The notes under the pieces: generated by a model
Told to the model about the DNA's origin: nothing
What the model saw: the letters and a program-made list of their open reading frames with translations, nothing else
The model's database searches: none
Assembly: GCF_005696695.1 (NCBI RefSeq)
Contig: NZ_CP040006.1
Span: forward strand, 540,001-572,000
Source: Schaalia odontolytica
GTDB taxonomy: Bacteria; Actinomycetota; Actinomycetes; Actinomycetales; Actinomycetaceae
Reading direction: 5' to 3'
Length of the DNA stretch: 32,000 nt
Shown here: piece after piece, positions 21,885 to 29,476 of the stretch
How the letters are laid out: each line of letters begins with the position of its first letter
Position numbering within the stretch: position 1 is the stretch's first letter
Translations under genes and position numbers: made by a program

Positions 21885-24716
21885 ATGAGTGACTCGACTT
21901 CTTTGCCTGACCTTGGTTTCCTGATCGGCCCCGACGGGGGGTTCCAGGACGACTACGTGCCGCCGGAGGTGCCCGCCTTTGACGTGGAGGACGCCTTGGG
22001 TTCCGACGGGTGGCCGGAGATCGCCGTGCCGGGTGGAGCATCGGGTGCGCCGTCGGCGTGGGAGCCTCCCGCGTCCTCGGGTGGTTTTTCGTCCGGCTGG
22101 GAGCGTCCCGCGCGCCCGGGCGTGGACCCTGAGTCGCTGACGCGCGGCCTCAACGATCGTCAGCGCGAGGCCGTCACTCACGCGGGTTCGCCGCTGCTGA
22201 TCCTGGCTGGCGCAGGCTCCGGTAAGACGCGCGTGCTCACGCACCGCATCGCCTACCTGCTGGCCACGGGCCGCGCGCGGGCGGGGGAGATTCTGGCGAT
22301 TACATTCACGAACAAGGCGGCGGCCGAGATGCGCGAGCGCGCGGGCGCGCTCGTGGGTGACGACGCGCGTCGCATGTGGGTGTCGACCTTCCACTCGGCG
22401 TGCGTGCGCCTGCTGCGCTACGAACACGAGGCGGCGGGCCTGTCCTCATCCTTCACGATCTACGACGCCCAGGATTCCCAGCGCCTCATCCAGATGGTCC
22501 TCAAGGCCATGGATGTGGACATCAAGCGCTTCACCCCAAAGATGGTGGCGGCGCGCATTTCGGACGCGAAGAACGAGCTGATCGGCCCGGCGCGCTACGC
22601 GGAGACGGCGGGCAAGGACCCGATCTCGCGCATCGTCGCGGACGCCTACGTCGAGTACGACAAGCGCATGCGCGCCTCGAATGCGCTGGACTTTGACGAT
22701 CTCATCATGCGCACGGTCGACCTGCTGCGCGAGAACCCGCTGATTGCTGAGCACTACCACCGGCGCTTCCGCCACATCCTCGTGGACGAGTACCAGGACA
22801 CGAACCATGCGCAGTACGTCCTCGTGCGTGCTCTCGTGGGGGACGGCAAGGACGGCGTGGAGCCCGCCGAGCTGACGGTCGTGGGTGACTCCGACCAGTC
22901 GATTTACGCGTTCCGTGGCGCCACGATCCGCAACATCGAGGAGTTCGAGCGCGACTTCACGGGCGCGCGCACGATCCTACTCGAGCAGAACTACCGCTCC
23001 ACGCAGAACATCCTGTCGGCTGCGAACGCGGTCATCGCCCGCAACACGGGGCGCCGCGCGAAGAACCTGTGGACGGCCTCGGGCGACGGCGCGCTCATCA
23101 CCCTGGATGCCGCCGATTCCGAGCACGACGAGGCCCGCTTCGTCGTCGGCGAGATCGACCGCCTCGCGGACTCCGGCGTCGAATGGGGCGACATCGCGGT
23201 CTTCTACCGCACGAATGCGCAGTCCCGCGCGCTGGAGGAACTCCTCGTGCGCCAGGGCATCCCGTACCGCGTCGTCGGCGGTACCCGCTTCTACGAGCGC
23301 CGCGAAATCAAGGACGCCTTGGCGTACCTGCAGGTCATCTCCAACCCTGACGACACTGTCGCGGCCCGCCGCGTCCTCAACGTCCCCAAGCGCGGCATCG
23401 GCGCGAAGGCCGAAGAAGCGATCGCCGCGCACGCCGCCCACTACGGCATCTCCTTCGGTGCGGCGCTGCGCCACCTGTGGCTGCGCGCCGGCTGCCCCGC
23501 GGGTGAGGGCGAGGGGATTGACGTCGACGCGCTCGCGCGTTCCGCGTCCCCGGACGAGGCCTCGGCTGATTCTTCGGCTCCCGTTTCCTCGGATGAAGCG
23601 GCGGGGGAGAACCCCGCTGCTCGCGATGGTGCGGATGAGAGCGCGGCTGCGGGGCAGAGCGCTGCGGCCCCGGCCGCGTCCCCCGTCGAGAGTGCTCCTG
23701 AGACGGCTCCCGAGGTCCTTGGGATCACCCCGCGCGCCGCGAAGTCGGCGGCCGCCTTCTGGGGGCTCATCGAGACGCTGCGCGCCGCGGAGGCGCGGGG
23801 TGCATCGCAGGCCGACATCCTCGAAGAGGTCCTCGACCGCACAGGCTACCTGGCTGAACTGCGCCGCAGCGAGGATCCGCAGGACGCCTCGCGCGTGGAA
23901 AACCTGGCGGAACTGCACTCGGTTGCGGGTGCCTTCGCGGCCGACGCTCCGGGCGGGACCCTCGCGGACTTCCTCGAGCGCGTCGCCCTCGTCGCGGACT
24001 CCGACCAGGTTCCCGCGGAGGGTGAGCGCGGCGGGCAGGTCACCCTCATGACTGTGCACACCGCGAAGGGCCTCGAATTCCCGGTCGTGTTCGTCACCGG
24101 CATGGAGGACGGCACCTTCCCGCACCAGCGCAGCCTCGGCGACGAGAGCGAGCTGGAGGAGGAACGCCGACTGGCGTACGTGGCCATCACGCGTGCGCGC
24201 GAACGCCTGTACCTGACGCGCGCGGCCGTGCGCAGCGCCTGGGGGACTCCGCAGGAGATGCCGCCCTCGCGGTTCCTCGACGACATCCCCGCCGAGCTCC
24301 TCGACGTGCGCCGTGCGGCCACGTCGGGGGAGCGCATGCGCGCGTCCTACGGCGGTTCCTACGGGTCCGGATCGTACGGCTCGGGTTCCTACGGGCGCTC
24401 CCGTCGCTCCGAGGGACGCGACCCGTGGGGCGACACCGACACGGGTGCCTTCGGCTCCGGCCGTGGCGGTGCATCCGCCCAGCCCGCGGGCGTGCGCAAA
24501 GTGACGCGCATGGGGGTGACTCCCGCTGCTAAGCCCGCCGAGGATAAGCCGGTGCTCTCCCTCAAGGTCGGCGACCGCATCAAGCACGCGACCCTGGGCG
24601 CCGGCACCGTCACCGGCATCGAAGGCGAGGGGCCGCGCACCGTGGCCCGCATCCGCTTCGGCCTGGGCGAGAAGCGCCTGCTCGTGCGCATGGCTCCGAT
24701 GGAGAAGATTTCGTAG
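21885..24716 (+). CDS. pcrA: ATP-dependent DNA helicase PcrA/UvrD (SF1A)
   Basis: Q-motif and motif I: LNDRQREAVTHAGSPLLILAGAGSGKTRVLTHRIAYL. Motifs Ia (ILAITFTNKAAAEM), II (ILVDEYQDTN), III, V and VI (VAITRARERLYL). C-terminal Tudor-like tail: KVGDRIKHATLGAGTVTGIEG. The start is uncertain: ATG 21885, TTG 21876, or a downstream GTG. The N-terminal ~90 aa are unconserved-looking and have lower third-position GC. Confidence 0.9.
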   Translation: MSDSTSLPDLGFLIGPDGGFQDDYVPPEVPAFDVEDALGSDGWPEIAVPGGASGAPSAWEPPASSGGFSSGWERPARPGVDPESLTRGLNDRQREAVTHAGSPLLILAGAGSGKTRVLTHRIAYLLATGRARAGEILAITFTNKAAAEMRERAGALVGDDARRMWVSTFHSACVRLLRYEHEAAGLSSSFTIYDAQDSQRLIQMVLKAMDVDIKRFTPKMVAARISDAKNELIGPARYAETAGKDPISRIVADAYVEYDKRMRASNALDFDDLIMRTVDLLRENPLIAEHYHRRFRHILVDEYQDTNHAQYVLVRALVGDGKDGVEPAELTVVGDSDQSIYAFRGATIRNIEEFERDFTGARTILLEQNYRSTQNILSAANAVIARNTGRRAKNLWTASGDGALITLDAADSEHDEARFVVGEIDRLADSGVEWGDIAVFYRTNAQSRALEELLVRQGIPYRVVGGTRFYERREIKDALAYLQVISNPDDTVAARRVLNVPKRGIGAKAEEAIAAHAAHYGISFGAALRHLWLRAGCPAGEGEGIDVDALARSASPDEASADSSAPVSSDEAAGENPAARDGADESAAAGQSAAAPAASPVESAPETAPEVLGITPRAAKSAAAFWGLIETLRAAEARGASQADILEEVLDRTGYLAELRRSEDPQDASRVENLAELHSVAGAFAADAPGGTLADFLERVALVADSDQVPAEGERGGQVTLMTVHTAKGLEFPVVFVTGMEDGTFPHQRSLGDESELEEERRLAYVAITRARERLYLTRAAVRSAWGTPQEMPPSRFLDDIPAELLDVRRAATSGERMRASYGGSYGSGSYGSGSYGRSRRSEGRDPWGDTDTGAFGSGRGGASAQPAGVRKVTRMGVTPAAKPAEDKPVLSLKVGDRIKHATLGAGTVTGIEGEGPRTVARIRFGLGEKRLLVRMAPMEKIS

Positions 24717-24748
24717 CGTTTTCCGGCTGTGGCCGGGCCGCTGCGTTG

Positions 24749-24928
24749 TGGGGCCGGGCTGCTTGATGCGTCCGTGGGCGGCGGCCCGCCCGCGAGCCGC
24801 CCGCGCCGCGAGCTTCGCTCGGCGCGTCGTCTCGAAGCCCGCCCGTGCCCTCCGGACCCTCCGGCGCCCTCCACACCAGCGGGGGCTGGGCTGCTGATGT
24901 GTGGCTCTACGCGTCGTCTCGAAGCCCG
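24749..24928. repeat. GC-rich imperfect direct repeat just downstream of pcrA
   Basis: GGGGCCGGGCTGCTTGATGCGT (24750-) is repeated as GGGGCTGGGCTGCTGATGTGT (24882-). CGCGTCGTCTCGAAGCCCG occurs identically at 24823-24841 and 24910-24928. The second copy lacks about 45 nt present in the first. Confidence 0.7.
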
Positions 24929-24992
24929 GCCAGGCCCCGCCACCGCCCACGGGCGCCGCAGCCAGGCCCTGTAGGCCAGCTGGGCCGGTTGT

Positions 24993-25380
24993 CTGAAACC
25001 GTCATCGCCTTTGCGGGCGCCGGCCGAGCCTCAACTGAAACCGCCATCGCCTTTGCGGGTGCGAAATGGGTGTTTTTGGTGCATTTTTCGGGTGCAGAGG
25101 CGATGCCGGTTTCAAGGCTCCCCTGTTGGGGGCGAGCAGTGGTGATGGTGGTTTCAATGGTTGCTGTTCAGGGGCGCGCAGTGGTGTTGTTGGTTTCAAC
25201 GTCGCCACGTTGTCGCGCCTCGTGCGTGAAAAAGTTCGCCCTGCACGCTCACATTGGCCCAAAATGGGCGTTTTCTGGCGTGCTGGGCGAACTTTTTCGC
25301 GGAAATGTCGCTGAAGGGGGCGCGCTGGGCGAGTTTTTCGCGGACCGGCAGGCGTGGTATCCCACAGGGCGAGTTTGTTG
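24993..25380. repeat. Degenerate repeat array with 42-nt periodicity, two sequence families and opposed orientation arms (non-coding)
   Basis: Family A core is YTGAAACCNNCATCRCCNYTGC. Forward copies are at 24993-25020 and 25035-25062. Inverted copies are at 25094-25114, 25136-25156 and 25178-25198. Spacing is exactly 42 nt within each arm. Family B is CWGGGCGARYTTTTTCRCG: inverted at 25226-25243, direct at 25283-25302 and 25325-25343 (42 nt apart), and degenerate at 25365-25380. A shared motif AAATGGGYGTTTTY..GGTGC occurs at 25064-25082 and 25262-25283. Confidence 0.8.
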
Positions 25381-25639
25381 TAATGCGGTCCTGGCCGCCG
25401 GCCCTCCTACTGGCAGTGTTAACCCTTCGATGCGCAGCTACACCCACCGAGTGGAAGCTGGACGCGGCCGCCCCACAACCCCAGCAAGCCACCCCCGCAA
25501 CGCAAAGCGTTGATAAAGGGAAGTGGCTCTCCGGTCAAGGCCGTGACAAGCCTTGATAATGGGAGGAAATGGCGCGTTGACGCCGGTCGCACGTTAGAAT
25601 TATTGCGCTGACCACACCACGTTCAACGGAGGGAATAAG

Positions 25640-26827
25640 GTGGATCTCTACGAGTACCAGGCCCGGCAGATGTTCAAGGAGCACGGCGTGCCCGTGCTCG
25701 ACTACCGCCTGGCGTCAACCCCCGAAGAGGCGCGCGAGGGTGCGCGCGAGCTCCTGGCGGACGGTGCGTCGCTGCTGGTCGTCAAGGCGCAGGTGAAGAC
25801 CGGCGGCCGCGGCAAGGCCGGCGGCGTCAAGCTTGCCCACACCGCCGACGAAGCCTACGAGAAGGCCGAGGCGATCCTCGGCCTCGACATCAAGGGCCAC
25901 ATTGTCAAGAAGGTCATGATCGCGTCCGGCGCGGACATTGCCGCCGAATACTACTTCTCGATCCTGCTGGACCGCTCGAACCGCCGCCACCTGGCGATGT
26001 GCTCGCGCGAAGGCGGCATGGACATTGAGACCCTCGCGAAGGAGCGCCCCGAGGCTCTCGCGCGCGTTCCCCTCGATCCCACCGTCGGCATCGACGCCGA
26101 GGTTGCCCGCCACATCGCGAAGGAAGCCGGGTTCGACGAGGCCACGGCCGAGGCCATCGCCCCCGTCCTCGAAACCTTGTGGACCGTCTACCGCGACGAG
26201 GACGCGACCCTGGTCGAGGTCAACCCGCTGGTCTCCAGCCCCGACGGCTCCGTGTGGGCCGTGGACGGCAAGGTCACCCTCGACGACAACGCGCGCTTCC
26301 GTCACCCCGGCCATGCCGAGCTGGTGGACGTGGCCGCGCAGGATCCGCGCGAGGCCGCCGCGAAGGCAGCCGGACTCAACTACGTGCGCCTGGAGGGCCA
26401 GGTCGGCATCATCGGTAACGGCGCGGGCCTGGTCATGTCGACGCTCGACGTGGTCGCGATGGCCGGCGAGGAGTTCGGCGGCATGAAGCCCGCGAACTTC
26501 CTCGACATCGGCGGCGGCGCCTCGGCCGAGGTCATGGCGAAGGGCCTGGACATCATCCTCGGCGACGAGCAGGTTCGTTCCGTGTTCGTCAACGTCTTCG
26601 GCGGCATCACCGCATGCGACCAGGTCGCCCGAGGCATCATCGGCGCGCTCGAGACGCTGGGCGACGCGGCCTCGAAGCCGCTTGTCGTGCGCCTCGACGG
26701 TAATAAGGTCGAGGAGGGTCGCGCGATTCTCGCCGAGGCTGCGCACCCGCTCGTCCACATGGAAGAAACGATGGACGGCGCGGCCCGGCGTGCAGCTGAG
26801 CTCGCAGCCCAGGCCTCGTCGAAGTAA
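25640..26827 (+). CDS. sucC: Succinate--CoA ligase (ADP-forming) subunit beta
   Basis: GTG start with GGAGGG 6 nt upstream. [37 protein letters not shown], and the ATP-grasp and CoA-ligase domains are diagnostic. Confidence 0.95.
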   Translation: MDLYEYQARQMFKEHGVPVLDYRLASTPEEAREGARELLADGASLLVVKAQVKTGGRGKAGGVKLAHTADEAYEKAEAILGLDIKGHIVKKVMIASGADIAAEYYFSILLDRSNRRHLAMCSREGGMDIETLAKERPEALARVPLDPTVGIDAEVARHIAKEAGFDEATAEAIAPVLETLWTVYRDEDATLVEVNPLVSSPDGSVWAVDGKVTLDDNARFRHPGHAELVDVAAQDPREAAAKAAGLNYVRLEGQVGIIGNGAGLVMSTLDVVAMAGEEFGGMKPANFLDIGGGASAEVMAKGLDIILGDEQVRSVFVNVFGGITACDQVARGIIGALETLGDAASKPLVVRLDGNKVEEGRAILAEAAHPLVHMEETMDGAARRAAELAAQASSK

Positions 26828-26853
26828 CGACCCGAGAATCGCAGGAGAACACC

Positions 26854-27774
26854 ATGACTATCTTCGTCAACTCTGACACCCGGGTCATCGTCCAGGGCAT
26901 GACCGGCGCCGAGGGTCGCAAGCACACCCAGCGCATGCTGAGCGCGGGCACGGCCATCGTGGGCGGCACGAACCCGCGCAAGGCTGGCACGACCGTCACC
27001 TTCGACGTGCAGGGCTACGGCCCGGGCGCCGACAAGGTGACCGACGGCCAGGTCGAGGTCCCCGTCTTCGGCACGGTCGCCGAGGCCCGCGAGGCCACCG
27101 GCGCGAACGCCTCCGTCATCTTCGTGCCCCCGGCCTTCGCGAAGAGTGCTGCCCTCGAGGCCATCGACGCGGGCATTGAGACGATCGTCCTCATCACCGA
27201 GGGCATTCCCGTCCAGGATTCCACGATCGTCGTCGAGCGTGCGCTCGCGGCGGGCGTGCGCTTGATCGGCCCGAACTGCCCCGGCATCATCTCGCCCGGG
27301 CAGGCGAACCTGGGTATCACCCCGGCGGACATTACGGGACCGGGACGCCTCGGCCTCGTCTCGAAGTCGGGCACGCTGACCTACCAGCTCATGTACGAGC
27401 TGCGCGACTTCGGCTTCACGACGTGCCTGGGTATCGGCGGCGACCCGGTCGTGGGCACCACCCACATCGACGCGCTGGCGGCTTTTGAGGCGGACCCCGA
27501 CACGGACCTCGTCATCATGATCGGTGAGATCGGCGGTGACGCCGAGGAGCGCGCGGCCGCCTGGATCCAGGAGAACATGACGAAGCCCGTCGTCGCCTAC
27601 ATTGCGGGCTTCACGGCCCCCGAGGGCAAGACCATGGGCCACGCGGGTGCGATCGTGTCGGGCTCGTCCGGCACGGCTGCCGCGAAGGCGGAGGCGCTCG
27701 AGGCCGTGGGCGTGCGCGTGGGGCGCACTCCCTCGCAGACGGCGCAGATCGCGCGCGAGATCCTTTCGCGCTAA
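26854..27774 (+). CDS. sucD: Succinate--CoA ligase subunit alpha
   Basis: [36 protein letters not shown], and the active-site His in [21 protein letters not shown] at 26842-26846. Confidence 0.95.
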   Translation: MTIFVNSDTRVIVQGMTGAEGRKHTQRMLSAGTAIVGGTNPRKAGTTVTFDVQGYGPGADKVTDGQVEVPVFGTVAEAREATGANASVIFVPPAFAKSAALEAIDAGIETIVLITEGIPVQDSTIVVERALAAGVRLIGPNCPGIISPGQANLGITPADITGPGRLGLVSKSGTLTYQLMYELRDFGFTTCLGIGGDPVVGTTHIDALAAFEADPDTDLVIMIGEIGGDAEERAAAWIQENMTKPVVAYIAGFTAPEGKTMGHAGAIVSGSSGTAAAKAEALEAVGVRVGRTPSQTAQIAREILSR

Positions 27775-27786
27775 CGTCACAGCACA

Positions 27787-27831
27787 AATCGGCCCGGGGT
27801 CGGCGCGCAGCGTCGCGGCCTCGGGCCGATT
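27787..27831 (+). terminator. Hairpin downstream of sucD (13-bp stem with one G-U, 19-nt loop)
   Basis: AATCGGCCCGGGG (27787-27799) pairs with CCTCGGGCCGATT (27819-27831). Followed by CTGACACTATG. There is no clear T-tract. Confidence 0.45.
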
Positions 27832-27847
27832 CTGACACTATGGGCCT

Positions 27848-29365
27848 GTGAGCGAGCGCATCAGAGAAGTACCCAGCCCCCGACGAACCACGACCACGTA
27901 CGTGGCGGATCGCGCGACGATCCGTGTGGCTGTCCCGCGGGGCTGGGCGCGCGGTGTGCTTGCGGGAGTCGAGGCGGCCTTCGCGGGCTGGGGTCTGATC
28001 ACGGTGTTCACGATGATCGCCTACCTGACGCTGCGCTCGAACTCGTGGATGAATGACACGACGCCGCGCGATGCGCTCGGCTTGGGCGGTGACCTGTGGG
28101 CCGCCGTCATTGGCGGCACGTCGGTCGTGGGTGACGTGCACTATCGTGCGATCCCGACGCTGATGGGCGCTCTGCTGATCGTGTTGGTGCGGATTCTGCT
28201 GCGCACGACGGCGGGTTATCCGCGCAGTGCCGCGCTGTTCGCTGTGCCTGGCTTCCTGCTGACTTCGTGGCTCCTGGCTGGGGCTTCGGGTATTCACTCG
28301 CATTGGTGGACGGGCACGATCGGCGGCGTGTTGATCCCGTTGATCGGCTCGGTGTGGTTCGTTGCCTCGGGCTATTCGCGCGACCATGAGGCCCCGTCGA
28401 TGCAGCACTGGATTTCGGGCGGCCTGAAGCTGGGTGGCCTGTCCGTGGTGGTTCTCGCGGCAGCGTCGTTCGTTGCCTCGGTCATTGCGCTCGTCGCGGG
28501 GTGGAGCCGCATGGTGGGCATTCAGGAGCTCCTGGGCGCGTCGTCGGCCGCGGACACGTCGTTCATCGTCGGCGGGCAGGCGCTGTTTGCGCCGACGATC
28601 ATGGCGTGGGTGGCCTCCTGGTGGTCGGGCGCGGGCTTCTTGACGGCGACGGATTCGTTGCATTCGCCGGCGGTTGCCGGCGCCGGACCGATCCCGCCGA
28701 TTCCGCTGTTGGGTGCCGTCCCGCAGACCGCTCCCGGCATGTGGGTGATCCTCGCGCCGATCGCGCTGGGCATCGGCCTCGGTGTCGTCGCGGCTCGTTC
28801 GTTCCGTCGTGAGCACCTGCTGCACCAGACCGCTCAGGGGGTCCTGGCCTCGTTGATTACCGCGTCGGTGACGGCCCTGTGGATGTGGAGCGCGACGATG
28901 AGCATGGGCTCCGTGCGCCTGGCGTCGATGGGCCCGCGCGTGGGGTGGGCGACGCTCGCCCTCGTGCTCGAGATCGCCCTGCCCGCGCTGATCATCGCCC
29001 TGGCGACCCACCCGACGACGCGCGCCCTCCTCGGCGAGGGTGCCGGTCGCGTGCGTAACGAGGGTGAGGCCCTGCGCCGCCGCGCCGCCGAGCGTGCGTC
29101 CCGCGTGGGAGCCACTGCCTCGACGATGGACGAGGCATGGGCTGAGGCTTCCGATCCCGCTGAGGCGGGCGACACGGAAGCAAGCGCCGACGAGGCCGGG
29201 GCTGAGGATCTCGAAGCGGTGGCCGACGGGGGAGAAGCGGACGAGATGCCCGAGGAGACGAGCGAAACCGCCGCCGATGACGCTGCGGACAGCGAAGCGG
29301 TCGAGGCCGAAGGTGACGCGGAAGACCCCGAGACGAAGGCGACGCGGCGCGAGGGCCTGAACTAG
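27848..29365 (+). CDS. Polytopic membrane protein, PerM/DUF6350-like by position, with a strongly acidic C-terminal tail
   Basis: GTG start with no convincing SD. About 10 hydrophobic segments. The C-terminal ~100 aa are D/E/A-rich (DEAWAEASDPAEAGDTEASADEAGAEDLEAVADGGEADEMPEETSETAADDAADSEAVEAEGDAEDPE). The naming rests on the conserved actinobacterial sucCD - membrane protein - pur gene synteny, not on a motif I can verify by eye. Confidence 0.55.
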   Translation: MSERIREVPSPRRTTTTYVADRATIRVAVPRGWARGVLAGVEAAFAGWGLITVFTMIAYLTLRSNSWMNDTTPRDALGLGGDLWAAVIGGTSVVGDVHYRAIPTLMGALLIVLVRILLRTTAGYPRSAALFAVPGFLLTSWLLAGASGIHSHWWTGTIGGVLIPLIGSVWFVASGYSRDHEAPSMQHWISGGLKLGGLSVVVLAAASFVASVIALVAGWSRMVGIQELLGASSAADTSFIVGGQALFAPTIMAWVASWWSGAGFLTATDSLHSPAVAGAGPIPPIPLLGAVPQTAPGMWVILAPIALGIGLGVVAARSFRREHLLHQTAQGVLASLITASVTALWMWSATMSMGSVRLASMGPRVGWATLALVLEIALPALIIALATHPTTRALLGEGAGRVRNEGEALRRRAAERASRVGATASTMDEAWAEASDPAEAGDTEASADEAGAEDLEAVADGGEADEMPEETSETAADDAADSEAVEAEGDAEDPETKATRREGLN

Positions 29366-29370
29366 ACTGG

Positions 29371-29447
29371 GAGTCGCCGCGACTGGCGAGGGTGGATTAC
29401 CACCGGGGAGCGGCCGCATTTCCCGCGAGGCGTCGCCCGCCTGGGCG
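29371..29447 (+). promoter_or_regulatory. ZTP (ZMP/ZTP-sensing, pfl motif) riboswitch in the purH leader
   Basis: The 5' subdomain is GCCGCGACTGGCGAGGGTGGATTACCACCGGGGAGCGGC. It contains the conserved ACUGGCG, a P2 hairpin GGTGG/CCACC, then GGGGAGCG. After a ~20-nt linker comes the 3' subdomain CGCCCGCCTGGGCG, which is the conserved CCGCCUGGGC inside a small CGCCC/GGGCG hairpin. It ends 30 nt before the purH ATG. purH is a classic ZTP-riboswitch-controlled gene. Confidence 0.8.
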
Positions 29448-29476
29448 CCTGGGTTTGGTCTCAACCTGGAGGAACT

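Noticed and set aside
24993-25219. Possible CRISPR array (repeats containing GAAAC-like ends, regular spacing)
   Set aside because: The period is only 42 nt (a ~22-nt core plus a ~20-nt spacer), below normal CRISPR geometry. The cores are degenerate (about 70-90% identical) rather than near-identical. The copies sit in two opposed orientations. There are no cas genes or leader in the window.
24729-25513. ORFs inside the pcrA-sucC gap: 24729-24974 (+), 24845-25513 (+), 25066-25314 (+), 25002-25262 (-) and others. Some translate to 14-aa repeats, for example LKPxSPLxAP.... or GDxGF(K/N)....
   Set aside because: The repeats read as peptide repeats in every frame simply because 42 is a multiple of 3. 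Third-position GC is far below that of the flanking genes, there are no RBSs, and the ORFs overlap one another. I treat the region as non-coding, but a decayed coding repeat remains an alternative (see the first finding).
25577-25600. TTGACG (25577-25582) plus TAGAAT (25595-25600) as a canonical sucC promoter
   Set aside because: The spacer between the two hexamers is only 12 nt, so they cannot be a -35/-10 pair. TAGAAT alone remains a plausible -10, since actinobacterial promoters often lack a -35. I do not list it as a supported feature.
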